DNA from: Eledone cirrhosa
Lineage: Eukaryota
Length of the DNA stretch: 64,000 nt
Assembly: GCA_964016885.1 (NCBI GenBank)
Contig: OZ024740.1
Span: 349,866,001 to 349,930,000, forward strand
Direction of reading: 5' to 3'
Shown here: in pieces, positions 27,058-45,144 of the stretch
Numbering within the stretch: the stretch's first letter is position 1
Layout: each line of letters starts with the position of its first letter
Program-made: the position numbers and the translations under genes
Notes under the pieces: generated by a model
The model's input: the letters and a program-made list of their open reading frames with translations, nothing else
Databases searched by the model: none
Told to the model about the DNA's origin: nothing

Positions 27058-27292
27058 ATTGTTTCTACTTTTGGCACAAGGCCAAATGTATGTATGTAAT
27101 AATAACTGTTTCTAATTTTATGCACAAGGCCAGCAAATACCCAGTGCATTACTGGTACTTTATTTTATCGACCCCGTAAGGATGAAAGGCAAAGTCAACC
27201 TCGGCGGGATCTGAACTCAGATCGTAAAGGGACGTAACTATGCTGGAAAGCATGGCGTCCGTCCCTCTACCGATACTGCCAAACCACCGAAC
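27058..27292 (-). mobile_element. MetaSINE-like SINE with a duplicated tail (duplicate at 38286-38520)
   Basis: Reverse complement of the 11836 family. Confidence 0.85.
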
Positions 27293-27420
27293 ACGCATAT
27301 ATAAATATGGGCGAAGTGTCAAATTTTCATTACTTTTATTCAGGTGGATCACGCGTTTCGCGATTGATCAACTCTAGGTTCGATCTGTATCGATTGGACC
27401 CGACTCTGGAATCAAAATAT

Positions 27421-28744
<1,324 letters not shown>

Positions 28745-29301
28745 TATCAGCATATCATCTTGTATCATTACATCTTGTGTAAGATATTGTTTGAAATTGC
28801 TGTTCTTTTTCTCCGCTTAGTATGAAATACATAACTTCTTAACTTACACATGATAGTTTAATGAGCGCAAGCCATCTTGGCGCCTATGTTCTATCTGAAA
28901 GCTATGTCCAGAGTTGATGTTGAACTCAATACTGTAACTTCTCATGTCATCAGATTTTTCCTACGCATCATTATTGTTTTTAAGCTAGTTGCAATGGACC
29001 ATTAGTGAATTAAATATGGCTACGGAGAAAACTTGACACAAACTGCCAGCTCCTTGACGGGTAACTCCGTGTGTATGTTATACCTATTTGGTCGTTCGAC
29101 AATATGCAACACACACAAATACATGATATATACAACATATACTATATGTATCTACAATATATATGCATTAAATCCATGAGTACATAATCTACTGGGTAAT
29201 ACGGACAACACTACAATTGTTCATGTTCAAACTTTACCTACGGAAAGAAAGCTATTGAAACAATTGTTAACATCGCAGTAATGAGTAGTGACAAAAATGA
29301 G

Positions 29302-29371
<70 letters not shown>

Positions 29372-30929
29372 GAGGAGGATTAGTTGCTGTTGTAGTAGTA
29401 GTTACTGCTGATAGATGCTACAGTTGTTAACATACCGTTATATTTCTAGCTATTCCATGTATAGCATATCTAAGAATAAGTTATTTAAAGTATGCTTTGT
29501 ATGAAGCGATAGACTATGATTTGTGGAAGATTGTGGCTGTTATTTCGCGCGGGTTGACCGATCCTGTTGAATCTACCCTTTTTAGTTGGAAGTTTTACAT
29601 GAATCAAGTATATGATCGTAATTCAAAATTGCACAATGACAGCATATAAACAAGTTTCTTCACATTTAGATATAATATATTGAAGCTACATTGTTTTTTA
29701 TGCGATTTGTACTAATATGCTTTTTGCTTTCATATATTAACTAAATTGGAGTGCCTTACATGTTTGCCACTCTCGTAAAATTTACAACAAGCTAAACCGG
29801 TATTTCTTACAACTGCAATTAACCATTTTTCAAAAGATACAATTTTAAACCACACATTTCGAAAGTTTTGCATTTGCTTCGGCATTTTAGGGGGTTACAA
29901 AAATCCTTTAGATGATTTATAGAAAAAATTGCGCTCAACGAATTGTTCAGTACTGGGTCTGGTTCACATTTGTTTTTCCACCTACCGCAAGGGAAATTGA
30001 ACCAATTTCCTGTTTATAATAAAAAGAGAAATTTAGAATAGTGAAGTCTCAAACTGAAACTTAGAAAAGTGAAAGCTTTACGTCTTAATCTTTACGTAGT
30101 GTTTTTGAATAATAAGATACATTTAAAACGACACATATCAAAAACGATAAAACGCTTATTCACGATATAAAGTAGATAAAAACGATGTAATGAAAGAAGA
30201 AAGAAACATTTAAATGACATAGATTAAAAACGATAAAAATCTCATTCCTTTTACTTCTAAAGATTGAAATATATATTTTAAAAAAAATGACACATCCTCA
30301 ACTATTTACGATTCAGTTTGGGGACACGGATATAGTCTTCTTGGGCATTTCCAAGTGAATGCCGTTGTACTTCAAGAGACATTTATTCGTCTTTTCTTTG
30401 TATCAATTTCATTATTTAAAAATATTTCATTATAAACGAAACTTTAAAATATTTTCTACACACCAATGACGATTTTTAATTCAAGTTGGTGATATAGAAG
30501 CAGGCAGTATGGGGTACCCGCAGTCTCAACAAGTGTTTTATTGTTTTAAATATGTAGTTTTCTTTCTCTTGTTAACAATATAGATAGTTTCAAATATTTC
30601 CTTTCGTCGTTTTTTACTACATATATAGTTATATATAATTTTCATTAATTTGGAAATGGACTGGAACAAATAAGAGTTTTATTACTTTTAATATTTTAAA
30701 GCATATATTATTCATATATTCTATATGGGAATGGGTGGAATTGATTACTTAGTCGTTTTTAACAGGCATAAATGCCAATTAACTCTACAAACAAGTTTAT
30801 AGTTATAAGTTGCAGGTGGTCACCTAGCTTTTGCGTCATTTTAAATATAACTATACAGCAAGCATAAATATGCTTACACCAGCTGTTTTGCAACAACTGA
30901 TTTTGTATGTCATGAACACAACAAATACG

Positions 30930-31041
<112 letters not shown>

Positions 31042-31221
31042 GTACTACATCATTCACAAAAAAGTATATTAACAAAATAATGCATATTACATTTATAGGA
31101 ACTTTACGGAACATGCTTTACTGAGACAATTCTATTTTCATATATAATTTAACAGCATTTTAAGTATAAGTTTTTTCAGCTGATATTCACAAAAATCTCA
31201 ATTATCGATAATGTGTGATAG

Positions 31222-31656
31222 GGTCTTTGGAGTAATCTTACTGGATAAAGTGCGTAGCTCGTAGATCAGAGAGTAACACCAGGTTGAGCCGCTACTCCGA
31301 ATTGAGAGATCACAGCTCTGATACTATGGGCGTGTGGTAAGAATGTCTCAGGAAAGAATGGTTAGACAGATTTTACAGGCAAAACCAAACGACAAGAGAG
31401 CCAGGGGTAGACCCCGAGCAAGATGGTTGGGTAACATCAATGAGCTTGGCTGATCTCGCTTGCGGATCCAGCTTGATCAGTTGGAGACGGTTGCTGGAAG
31501 TTGCAGGACCCGCTGGAAGGAGTGTTTGAGGACTCTTCCTCCACGACACTCTCAAGAAGAAGAAGAAGAAGAAGAAGAAGAAGAAGAAGAAGAAGAAGAA
31601 GAAGAAGAAGAAGAAGAAGAAGAAGAAGAAGAAGAAGAAGAAGAAGAAGAAGAAGA
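31222..31656 (+). mobile_element. RTE-clade LINE 3' fragment with (GAA)n tail; duplicate at 42352-42823
   Basis: LRYYGRVVRMSQERMVRQILQAKPNDKRARGRPRARWLGNI, a typical RTE C-terminus, followed by (GAA)n. Confidence 0.75.
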
Positions 31657-32679
31657 TAATGTGTGAAAGCCTCTTTCACCTCGACAAATCTGTGATTAAC
31701 CCTAACAATGGCATAACCACGTGGCATTTTGAAGTAAAATAAAACTATGGCTATTCCACAATTTCCAAATGTAATCAGTCCTTAACATAGCCAATCATTT
31801 GGAGATGGAGTGTGATGAAGTCGTCTGATTAAAATGATAAAAATACTAAAGATACTAACAATGAAAAACTAATTAGAAAAAAAAAAGATAACAAACTAAA
31901 ATACACTACTTTTTATTGAAATTTAACTAGATTTATAACTACCCGCCAGGTGAATATTTTCATTAGCAATGATATTTTAAAATAGTCTAGATCTAACTAG
32001 AAATTAGCTGAATTGGCAACCTTGATACGCCAATCGATGATAACCAAACGGAATAAGTTACTAATGTACTGTAATTTGTTGGTACCCAAGCTTTCTTAAT
32101 TGATTCAAACGGCAATGCTGGTGTTAACCTTTAAAAACAATTGAGGCAAACTAATCTGCTCACGGAAGTGTATTACTACAAGTGATGGTGAGGCGGGGAC
32201 GTTGAAACAGGGAAGAACCTTCACAAGCATCATCTGATACAGCTTTAAGACGACTCCGGTCACGTTGAGTCCCTCATTGACACCTGAAATACAAACTCGT
32301 TTTTAAAAAGAAAACATAGAACAGCGTAGTTCCTGATTTACTGAACTAACTGGAGTTAAGCAACATAAAAAACAACAAAAAACAACAACAAAAGCAACAT
32401 TAGCACAAGTCAACAAATTTTATTTGAAAATTGGGTTCAGTATATGACTGGTATTTAATTACATCAGCCAAATGAGGGTGGCTGAAATGAAAAATTGTAC
32501 TTGTCAGATTTTAAACCGGATTGGTGACTTGTCATCTTCACGACTTAGACTGAAATATAAATAACCTTACCTACTAAGTGGACTTGTAGGTTGTATTTAA
32601 ACAATACTTTCTGTGTCTATCCCTTATAATTAGATGGGGTGTGAGGGTGTGTCCGTAAAACATATACATGTACACCAGG

Positions 32680-32945
32680 TCCGAAACACAAAGGAACCAA
32701 ACTCCCACTGTCACTGCCTCTATCTCTCCCGCTCTCCCCCATCTCTCACTATTATGAGCAAATAGGGGCCAACGCGCTGGCTGCCCCGCGGCTCCGGCGG
32801 ACAGAATAGAGAAGGCATTTCCTCGGAGGATGATGAGGGAGACCCGCTGGAAGAGCTATTCCAGCTCGCGAGGCTCATACCTGCGGGTAGCCAACTTTGT
32901 GGTGGTGGTGGTGAGTAGGAAGGTGGCCCTAGGACCAAGGACAAC
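32680..32945 (-). mobile_element. CRE-clade (RLE) retrotransposon 3' end; duplicate at ~43850-44115
   Basis: Minus frame VLGPRATFLL..EPRELE*LFQRVSLIILRGNAFSIL resembles the CRE C-terminal motif (L.QR.S....RGNA..I). Confidence 0.65.
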
Positions 32946-32957
32946 AGAGTTGTCCTT

Positions 32958-33302
32958 GGTCCAACTGGTAGACAACGTTTTATAGTAAAACACAATTTCA
33001 CATGTGCATCGGAAAATCTAATATATGTATTAACTTGTTCAGGTTGTCGAGAACAATACATAGGCAAGACCAAAAACAGCCTCCGCCAACGCATGACTGT
33101 CCATAGATCCCAAATCAAAATACGGGAATACAGGAAAATACCACTGAGTGAACACATTGATACCTGTGCCGCCCAAAATCACCCCAACTTCAGAATCTTT
33201 CCCCTCTACAAATTTAAAGATAATGCCACCCACACCCAGCGCATCAGCAAGGAATCTTACTTCATTAACAAATACGGACCCCGTCTAAACATTTCTCCCT
33301 AA
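32958..33302 (+). pseudogene. Penelope-like GIY-YIG endonuclease fragment; duplicate at 44128-44472
   Basis: [52 protein letters not shown]: IY..CxxC..YIG, R, H, E and LN motifs. Confidence 0.9.
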
Positions 33303-33442
33303 GACGAACCCACAACATACACACGTCAACATACATACCTACATCAGCACACATCTCTACCCACATATAAACACAATGACATACGTAAACACACATGCTC
33401 TATGGTGCAACACAAAAAAATATATGTGCATATATGTATGTA

Positions 33443-34649
<1,207 letters not shown>

Positions 34650-34651
<2 letters not shown>

Positions 34652-34790
34652 TTAGAGCATTAGGCTTGCAATCGAAAGGTTGTGAGTGAGGCGTAACCCT
34701 GCGATGGACTGGAGTCCTGGCCAGGGGAGAGTCACGCCATGGAACCGGGATAAGCACCGGCCAAATGAGCCTTCTGGCTGAAGACAGACT
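34650..34790 (+). mobile_element. Remnant of a second tRNA-derived SINE family; duplicate at ~46352-46490
   Basis: tRNA-like GGTTAGAGC..GGTTGTGAGT head fused to AACCCTGCGATGGACTGG..CCGGGATAAGC. Confidence 0.45.
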
Positions 34791-34959
34791 TTAGACTTTT
34801 TATATATAGTTCAAGGAGACCACAAACAGCGGTACAAAAAGTCTTATTGGTTTCACGCTTTATATGGAAAAGAGGAAAGAAGTTTCGACGTGTCAGGCTT
34901 AAGACGTTCTTCAGGAGTACAATTAGAGACAGGATCATACACAGACACACAGACACACA

Positions 34960-35163
<204 letters not shown>

Positions 35164-35697
35164 CCTCTCTCTCTCCTTCTCTCTACTTTTTCTCCCTCAC
35201 ACACACACATATATATACATAAACGCGTGTGTGTATACAGTTCTGCTCAGTTTCGCTCACAAGACTATTGGAGAGGTCTCCTGCCTAAAGTGCAATACTG
35301 TGGGGCTGGGGGCGACCACAATTTAAGTTAAAATACTCAATATATAAAGTAGAGTAGATATGTTTTCATATATTAAATTGACACCTCTTACAGGACTAGT
35401 TCTGTTTCCTTCACTTTAAGAATTCCCTGAGATTAACGCAATAAGAGTGAGGTAGAAAGATTGGAGAGGAGGGGAAGTTGGTGGTTAGTTGTGTGAGTGT
35501 TCTGTCTGTTGGCGGATTGCGAAGATTTAGATTCCAATCTAGGCTTAAAGAGGGGCGTTAATGCTAAGAGAGTGAAAGAAAGAGTGGGAAAAAAAAAAGA
35601 ATGAAAGAATCGGCAGTAATTTGTGGGACATGTGTCATTTAGGTTATAAGATGGTGAGGGGAAGGGCGGGTTAAGGAGACTTGGAGCGTCGATTAAT

Positions 35698-35769
<72 letters not shown>

Positions 35770-35773
<4 letters not shown>

Positions 35774-36664
35774 GTGCGTCAGAAAAGTTCCAGGACTGAT
35801 GTCACAAAAGATTTATTTCAAACCCAAACTTCACACTAAGAGTTTTCTCCTTCAAAGTAACCCCCCTGGAGTCTAATGCACTTTTCCATCCTTTTTTGCC
35901 ACGCTTGCATGCACTCCTGGAAGGATTCTTCCGGGATCCTCCGCAGTTCCGTCGCCACGGCCTTTTTGATGTCGTCCACGTCTTCAAAACGGATTCCCTC
36001 CGGGTCGTACTCGAAGATCCATGACTCATCACCTGTGATGACTGTCCCTAGAAAATCTGGTTCGGTTTCAAAACGCTCGAGGAGGTCCTGGCACACTTTC
36101 ATGCGTCGATCCTTCTGGTCATCGTTCAGCAGTTTTGGCACCTTCTTCGCGCAGACTTTCCGCATGTCCAAATCTTCAGTGACATTCTTCCAGACGCTGT
36201 CCCGATTCATGCCCAGCTCATTTGCCATCAGTCGAACAGTCAGCCGACGATCGCTACCAACCATCTGCCTGACACGCTCAACGTTGACCTCAGTCCTGGT
36301 TGTTGAGGGCCTTCCGCTCCTGGGGTCATCTTCAACGTCCTCGCGTCGTTCTTTAAACCTCTTGCACCACTCAAAAACACGTGAGCGTGACATCGTCTCA
36401 TCTCCATACACTTGCTGCAGCAATCCCAGTGCTTCTGACGGAGTTTTCAAGTTTGTTCGTTGCTCTGTGCTCATTGCTTGACAACCTGAAACAGAGGACA
36501 TGCATATAAAATTATGAAGAAAAAAGTTTGATCGCTGCAGAGAGCTAAGATTACAGTTACATACTCCAGGGGGATTACTTTGAATGAGAAAACTCTTAGT
36601 GTGAAGTTTGGGTTTGAAATAAATCTTTTGTGACATCAGTCCTGGAACTTTTCTGACACACCTC

Positions 36665-36665
<1 letters not shown>
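35770..36665 (-). mobile_element. Internally deleted mariner element, copy 2 (ORF 36474 to 35836)
   Basis: Near-identical to 24508-25403. Confidence 0.93.
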
Positions 36666-36715
<50 letters not shown>

Positions 36716-36859
36716 AATAAATTTAAGAAACATGCTGATGTTACATACATCTTTTATTCATTATCTTTCTTTGTGTTATTCCATCGTAACTACACACTAC
36801 GAATGTAGAGAGCTTTCTCCTGCTTACTCCTATTTTTACTAAAACAACTTCTACCGAAC

Positions 36860-36910
<51 letters not shown>

Positions 36911-36925
36911 CTGTGTGTGTGTGTG

Positions 36926-36981
<56 letters not shown>

Positions 36982-37306
36982 CCTGCATACGCACATATAA
37001 TATTACTGCAACATTTTAATCTAGAAATGTTATAGTCAATTAACTCCAAACCTATTAATAGCAATGATTTAGTAAATTATATAATACGATATAAGTATTA
37101 CAAAGAATAAAATGTAAACGAAATGACATACCAGTAAAGTATGATTATATAATGATGGATCTTACGTCTATTTCGACGATGAGCTTTCAATCAACTAAAC
37201 TTCCAACTAGTGAATTAACGTGTAAATGGTTGAGTATTCCACAGAGTATTCCTTGCCATTCTCAAGCCGAATTCGTATGAACCAATATGTAATGTGGTTG
37301 GACTTA

Positions 37307-37618
37307 TCTATTATATAAATGGCAATTTCTGTCTGTGTATCTGTGTATAACCAGTTGGCATCTACACCAGTGATCCGATCCTGATGAAAATGTACACATA
37401 TGTTAAGCTAATATTCAAAAAACAGGACTGGCTAATTGGATTTCAATAAAAATCAATAATGGAACCCCTGGGGACATCTTTACAATGGAGGTGGAAAGAG
37501 AAGACGTTTCAGTGAGAGAGGGGAAGAGGAGATACTACTACTGTATGTTAAACCCTCCCTCCTCCCACAACTGCGAATAACCCCACCTTTCCCGGGTATT
37601 ACCGGGTACTGCAGCTAG
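37307..37618 (+). mobile_element. Non-autonomous Helitron, copy 2
   Basis: TC..hairpin..CTAG between A and T, as in copy 1. Confidence 0.8.
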
Positions 37619-38120
37619 TGTATTATAAATGAAACCTAACGGGCTACCACACACTTTCAGTCGACCAAATTTTCCTCTCAAGGCTTGGGTCGACACCAGA
37701 TTATGATAAAGATAATTTCCCAAGATGTTACGCAGTGGGTGCGAATCCGGGATATTGTGATGAGTAAGCGAACTTCTTTACCTCTAAACCATGCCTACTT
37801 CTAATAAAGTATGACTATACAGAACTTATTTTAATAGAGCCTAACGCTGATAAATTTACTAAAATCTCTCACTGTCATAAGGTAATATATTTCACTCCCT
37901 AACACTATGTAGAATTTTGTTTATTTATTTTGTTTTGTAAGCAACATTCGGCTAGGAACTCTAATTCAGTGGTTTCCAGCCAACGGCTCAAATCAGAAAC
38001 TGGGTCGTGGAATAATTCTGAAAAGATCACCATTTATATGAAAAACGTAAATGAATAGTCAACACAGGAAAATGATACTGTACAATGGAGATATAAGATT
38101 AACGCTACACACACACACAC

Positions 38121-38179
<59 letters not shown>

Positions 38180-38216
38180 GCACACACACACACACGCACA
38201 CACGCACACACACACG

Positions 38217-38264
<48 letters not shown>

Positions 38265-38777
38265 TATACATATATGCATGTAACAATTGTTTCTACTTTT
38301 GGCACAAGGCCAAATGTATGTATGTAATAATAACTGTTTCTAATTTTAGGCACAAGGCCAGCAAATACCCAGTGCATTACTGGTACTTTATTTTATCGAC
38401 CCCGTAAGGATGAAAGGCAAAGTCAACCTCGGCGGGATCTGAACTCAGATCGTAAAGGGACGTAACTATGCTGGAAAGCATGGCGTCCGTCCCTCTACCG
38501 ATACTGCCAAACCACCGAACACGCATATATAAATATGGGCGAAGTGTCAAATTTTCATTACTTTTATTCAGGTGGATCACGCGTTTCGCGATTGATCAAC
38601 TCTAGGTTCGATCTGTATCGATTGGACCCGACTCTGGAATCAAAATATATGAATGTACATGATCAATATGGCGCTAACAACAGTTGCTATACGTTGCCGT
38701 CTATCAATTTTCCCAGTTATACTCTATTACATACGCGCGCGCATCTTTCTGCCTTTAACTCTATCTATTTATGTGTG

Positions 38778-38911
<134 letters not shown>

Positions 38912-39646
38912 GCGAGAGAGCGAGAGAGGCACATATATATATATATACAGTGGCGGACTAGGTCTAAAAATATTGGTTGAAGGGGTCCACCTACATATAG
39001 AATGCTATCATTTAATTTTTATAATGAATAAATAACATTTTCGAAAAATACATAAGTGGAAACAAAACAGTGCAATCAATTTTTTGTGGAAATATAACTT
39101 ACCTTCTGCAATAAAAAATATTATGTATTTTGCCAAATCCAGAGTCTTTCAATAATGACCAGAAGTCAACCCTAAATATTACTAGGAAAGCCATGAACGA
39201 CACCGCATCTTTTCAACTTTGATTTTGAAAGTAGGTTTATAATTATCAATTTTCGTTATCCTTTTGTAACTTTCTCGGTGGCCTAGTTGGAGGAATCGCA
39301 GACAGTGGTGATCGTGGTTTGAAGTTGGTCGGAAGTAAGTCTTTTCAGTTTTTTTTTATTGGTTGTAAAATAAAAACTGAAAAAGGCTACATGTACCTCT
39401 TGACCAAGATTGAACCCAAGGTCAGGATCTCCACCGTCTCTAGTACCTACCGCTAGGCCACAGAGACAACTACGAAAACCTTGTGAAAATTCATACTTAT
39501 AAACCTACTTTCAAAACTTTCAAAACAAAGTGTTGTGGTGTCGTTCATGTCTTTCTTAATGTTATTGCTACTACTTAAGGTCGACTTCTAAATCATTTGG
39601 GTGTTCCATAAACTACATCCTCGTTTTGTTTCACATCTATCTTGAC

Positions 39647-39716
<70 letters not shown>

Positions 39717-39735
39717 CGTGTACATATATATACAT

Positions 39736-39786
<51 letters not shown>

Positions 39787-40462
39787 GCGAGAGAAAGGTA
39801 GATAGATAGGTTCGCGCGCGTATGTAATAGAGTATAACTGGGAAAATTGATAGATGGCAATGTATAGCAACTGTTGTTAGCGCCATATTGAACATGTACA
39901 TTCATTATCAGCATATCATCTTGTATCATTATATCTTGTGTAAGATATTGTTTGAAATTGCTGTTCTTTTTCTCCGCTTAGTATGAAATACATAACTTCT
40001 TAACTTACACATGATAGTTTAATGAGCGCAAGCCATCTTGGCGCCTATGTTCTATCTGAAAGCTATGTCCAGAGTTGATGTTGAACTCAATACTGTAACT
40101 TCTCATGTCATCAGATTTTTCCTACGCATCATTATTGTTTTTAAGCTAGTTACAATGGACCATTAGTGAATTAAATATGGCTACGGAGAAAACTTGACAC
40201 AAACTGCCAGCTCCTTGACGGGTAACTCCGTGTGTATGTTATACCTATTTGGTCGTTCGACAATATGCAACACACACAAATACATGATATATACAACATA
40301 TACTATATGTATCTACAATATATATGCATTAAATCCATGAGTACATAATCTACTGGGTAATACGGACAACACTACAATTGTTCATGTTCAAACTTTACCT
40401 ACGGAAAGAAAGCTATTGAAACAATTGTTAACATCGCAGTAATGAGTAGTGACAAAAATGAG

Positions 40463-40493
<31 letters not shown>

Positions 40494-42075
40494 GAGCAGT
40501 TGTAGTAGTAGTAGGAGGAGGAGGATTAGTTGCTGTTGTAGTAGTAGTTACTGCTGATAGATGCTACAGTTGTTAACATACCGTTATATTTCTAGCTATT
40601 CCATGTATAGCATATCTAAGAATAAGTTATTTAAAGTATGCTTTGTATGAAGCGATAGACTATGATTTGTGGAAGATTGTGGCTGTTATTTCGCGCGGGT
40701 TGACCGATCCTGTTGAATCTACCCTTTTTAGTTGGAAGTTTTACATGAATCAAGTATATGATCGTAATTCAAAATTGCACAATGACAGCATATAAACAAG
40801 TTTCTTCACATTTAGATATAATATATTGAAGCTACATTGTTTTTTATGCGATTTGTACTAATATGCTTTTTGCTTTCATATATTAACTAAATTGGAGTGC
40901 CTTACATGTTTGCCACTCTCGTAAAATTTACAACAAGCTAAACCGGTATTTCTTACAACTGCAATTAATCATTTTTCAAAAGATACAATTTTAAACCACA
41001 CATTTCGAAAGTTTTGCATTTGCTTCGGCATTTTAGGGGGTTACAAAAATCCTTTAGATGATTTATAGAAAAAATTGCGCTCAACGAATTGTTCAGTACT
41101 GGGACTGGTTCACATTTGTTTTTCCACCTACCGCAAGGGAAACTGAACCAATTTCCTGTTTATAATAAAAAGAGAAATTTAGAATAGTGAAGTCTCAAAC
41201 TGAAACTTAGAAAAGTGAAAGCTTTACGTCTTAATCTTTACGTAGTGTTTTTGAATAATAAGATACATTTAAAACGACACATATCAAAAACGATAAAACG
41301 CTTATTCACGACATAAAGTAGATAAAAACGATGTAATGAAAGAAGAAAGAAACATTTAAATGACATAGATTAAAAACGATAAAAATCTCATTCCTTTTAC
41401 TTCTAAAGATTGAAATATATATTTAAAAAAAAATGACACATCCTCAACTATTTACGATTCAGTTTGGGGACACGGATATAGTCTTCTTGGGCATTTCCAA
41501 GTGAATGCCGTTGTACTTCAAGAGACATTTATTCGTCTTTTCTTTGTATCAATTTCATTATTTAAAAATATTTCATTATAAACGAAACTTTAAAATATTT
41601 TCTACACACCAATGACGATTTTTAATTCAAGTTGGTGATATAGAAGCAGGCAGTATGGGGTACCCGCAGTCTCAACAAGTGTTTTATTGTTTTAAATATG
41701 TAGTTTTCTTTCTCTTGTTAACAATATAGATAGTTTCAAATATTTCCTTTCGTCGTTTTTTACTACATATATAGTTATATATAATTTTCATTAATTTGGA
41801 AATGGACTGGAACAAATAAGAGTTTTATTACTTTTAATATTTTAAAGCATATATTATTCATATATTCTATATGGGAATGGGTGGAATTAATTACTTAGTC
41901 GTTTTTAACAGGCATAAATGCCAATTAACTCTACAAACAAGTTTATAGTTATAAGTTGCAGGTGGTCACCTAGCTTTTGCGTCATTTTAAATATAACTAT
42001 ACAGCAAGCATAAATATGCTTACACCAGCTGTTTTGCAACAACTGATTTTGTATGTCATGAACACAACAAATACG

Positions 42076-42173
<98 letters not shown>

Positions 42174-44612
42174 GTACTACATCATTCACAAAAAAGTATA
42201 TTAACAAAATAATGCATATTACATTTATAGGAACTTTACGGAACATGCTTTACTGAGACAATTCTATTTTCATATATAATTTAACAGCATTTTAAGTATA
42301 AGTTTTTTCAGCTGATATTCACAAAAATCTCAATTATCGATAATGTGTGATAGGGTCTTTGGAGTAATCTTACTGGATAAAGTACGTAGCTCGTAGATCA
42401 GAGAGTAACACCAGGTTGAGCCGCTACTCCGAATTGAGAGATCACAGCTCCGATACTATGGGCGTGTGGTAAGAATGTCTCAGGAAAGAATGGTTAGACA
42501 GATTTTACAGGCAAAAACCAAATGACAAGAGAGCCAGGGGTAGACCCCGAGCAAGATGGTTGGGTAACATCAATGAGCTTGGCTGATCTCGCTTGCGGAT
42601 CCAGCTTGATCAGTTGGAGACGGTTGCTGGAAGTTGCAGGACCCGCTGGAAGGAGTGTTTGAGGACTCTTCCTCCACGACACTCTCAAGAAGAAGAAGAA
42701 GAAGAAGGAGAAGAAGAAGAAGAAGAAGAAGAAGAAGAAGAAGAAGAAGAAGAAGAAGAAGAAGAAGAAGAAGAAGAAGAAGAAGAAGAAGAAGAAGAAG
42801 AAGAAGAAGAAGAAGAAGAAGAATATAATGATGAAAGCCTCTTTCACCTCGACAAATCTGTGATTAACCCTAACAATGGCATAACCACGTGGCATTTTGA
42901 AGTAAAATAAAACTATGGCTATTCCACAATTTCCAAATGTAATCAGTCCTTAACATAGCCAATCATTTGGAGATGGAGTGTGATGAAATCGTCTGATTAA
43001 AATGATAAAAATACTAAAGATACTAACAATGAAAAACTAATTAGAAAAAAAAAAGATAACAAACTAAAATACACTACTTTTTATTGAAATTTAACTAGAT
43101 TTATAACTACCCGCCAGGTGAATATTTTCATTAGCAATGATATTTTAAAATAGTCTAGATCTAACTAGAAATTAGCTGAATTGGCAACCTTGATACGCCA
43201 ATCGATGATAACCAAACGGAATAAGTTACTAATGTACTGTAATTTGTTGGTACCCAAGCTTTCTTAATTGATTCAAACGGCAATGCTGGTGTTAACCTTT
43301 AAAAACAATTGAGGCAAACTAATCTGCTCACGGAAGTGTATTACTACAAGTGATGGTGAGGCGGGGACGTTGAAACAGGGAAGAACCTTCACAAGCATCA
43401 TCTGATACAGCTTTAAGACGACTCCGGTCACGTTGAGTCTCCCTCATTGACACCTGAAATACAAACTCGTTTTTAAAAAGAAAACATAGAACAGCGTAGT
43501 TCCTGATTTACTGAAATAACTGGAGTTAAGCAACATAAAAAACAACAAAAAACAACAACAAAAGCAACATTAGCACAAGTCAACAAATTTTATTTGAAAA
43601 TTGGGTTCAGTATATGACTGGTATTTAATTACATCCGCCAAATGAGGGTGGCTGAAATGAAAAATTGTACTTGTCAGATTTTAAACTGGATTGGTGACTT
43701 GTCATCTTCACGACTTAGACTGAAATATAAATAACCTTACCTACTAAGTGGACTTGTAGGTTGTAATTAAACAATACTTTCTGTGTCTATCCCTTATAAT
43801 TAGATGGGGTGTGAGGGTGTGTCCGTAAAACATATACATGTATACCAGGTCCGAAACACAAAGGAACCAAACTCCCACTGTCACTGCCTCTATCTCTCCC
43901 GCTCTCCCCCATCTCTCACTATTATGAGCAAATAGGGGCCAACGCGCTGGCTGCCCCGCGGTTCCGGCGGACAGAATAGAGAAGGCATTTCCTCGGAGGA
44001 TGATGAGGGAGACCCGCTGGAAGAGCTATTCCAGCTCGCGAGGCTCATACCTGCGGGTAGCCAACTTTGTGCTGGTGGTGGTGAGTAGGAAGGTGGCCCT
44101 AGGACCAAGGACAACAGAGTTGTCCTTGGTCCAACTGGTAAACAACGTTTTATAGTAAAACACAATTTCACATGTGCATCGGAAAATCTAATATATGTAT
44201 TAACTTGTTCAGGTTGTCGAGAACAATACATAGGCCAGACCAAAAACAGCCTCCGCCAACGCATGACTGTCCATAGATCCCAAATCAAAATACGGGAATA
44301 CAGGAAAATACCACTGAGTGAACACATTGATACCTGTGCCGCCCCAAATCACCCCAACTTCAGAATCTTTCCCCTCTACAAATTTAAAGATAATGCCACC
44401 CACACCCAGCGCATCAGCAAGGAATCTTACTTCATTAACAAATACGGACCCCGTCTAAACATTTCTCCCTAAGACGAACCCACAACATACACACGTCAAC
44501 ATACATACCTACATCAGCACACATCTCTACCCACATATAAACACAATGACATACGTAAACACACATGCTCTATGGTGCAACACAAAAAAATATATGTGCA
44601 TATATGTATGTA

Positions 44613-44682
<70 letters not shown>

Positions 44683-45023
44683 AAATATGTATGTGTATAT
44701 ATATATAGTGAATATCATTTCACACCTTTTATTGTTAAGTTCTATTAAGAGAACCGATTTTACTGAAAAAATCGAATAATGTACACCATTTTACCAGGGG
44801 AAAAAAATACTGGTACACCCCCCCCCCCCCCACACACACATATATACACACACACACACGCGTACATCAACATACAAAGAGACTTATATATACACACACA
44901 CACACACACGCACTTCTCCGTATAAGACAAAAGCTGAAAAATATCTTTTGACATGCTAAAATACCCCCCATTGCTTTCAGACACATTCTTACTGACCATC
45001 CCTGCCACCATGAATTACTCTGC

Positions 45024-45144
<121 letters not shown>

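Noticed and set aside
31460-31666. Poly-Glu ORF (also 42593-42910, and the poly-Arg/Phe/Leu frames)
   Set aside because: (GAA)n tail of an RTE fragment; length differs between the duplicates.
34880-34915. Functional hammerhead at this site (and at 46580-46620)
   Set aside because: Stem I absent, stem II register broken, and the second copy has lost GAAA; kept only as a relic.
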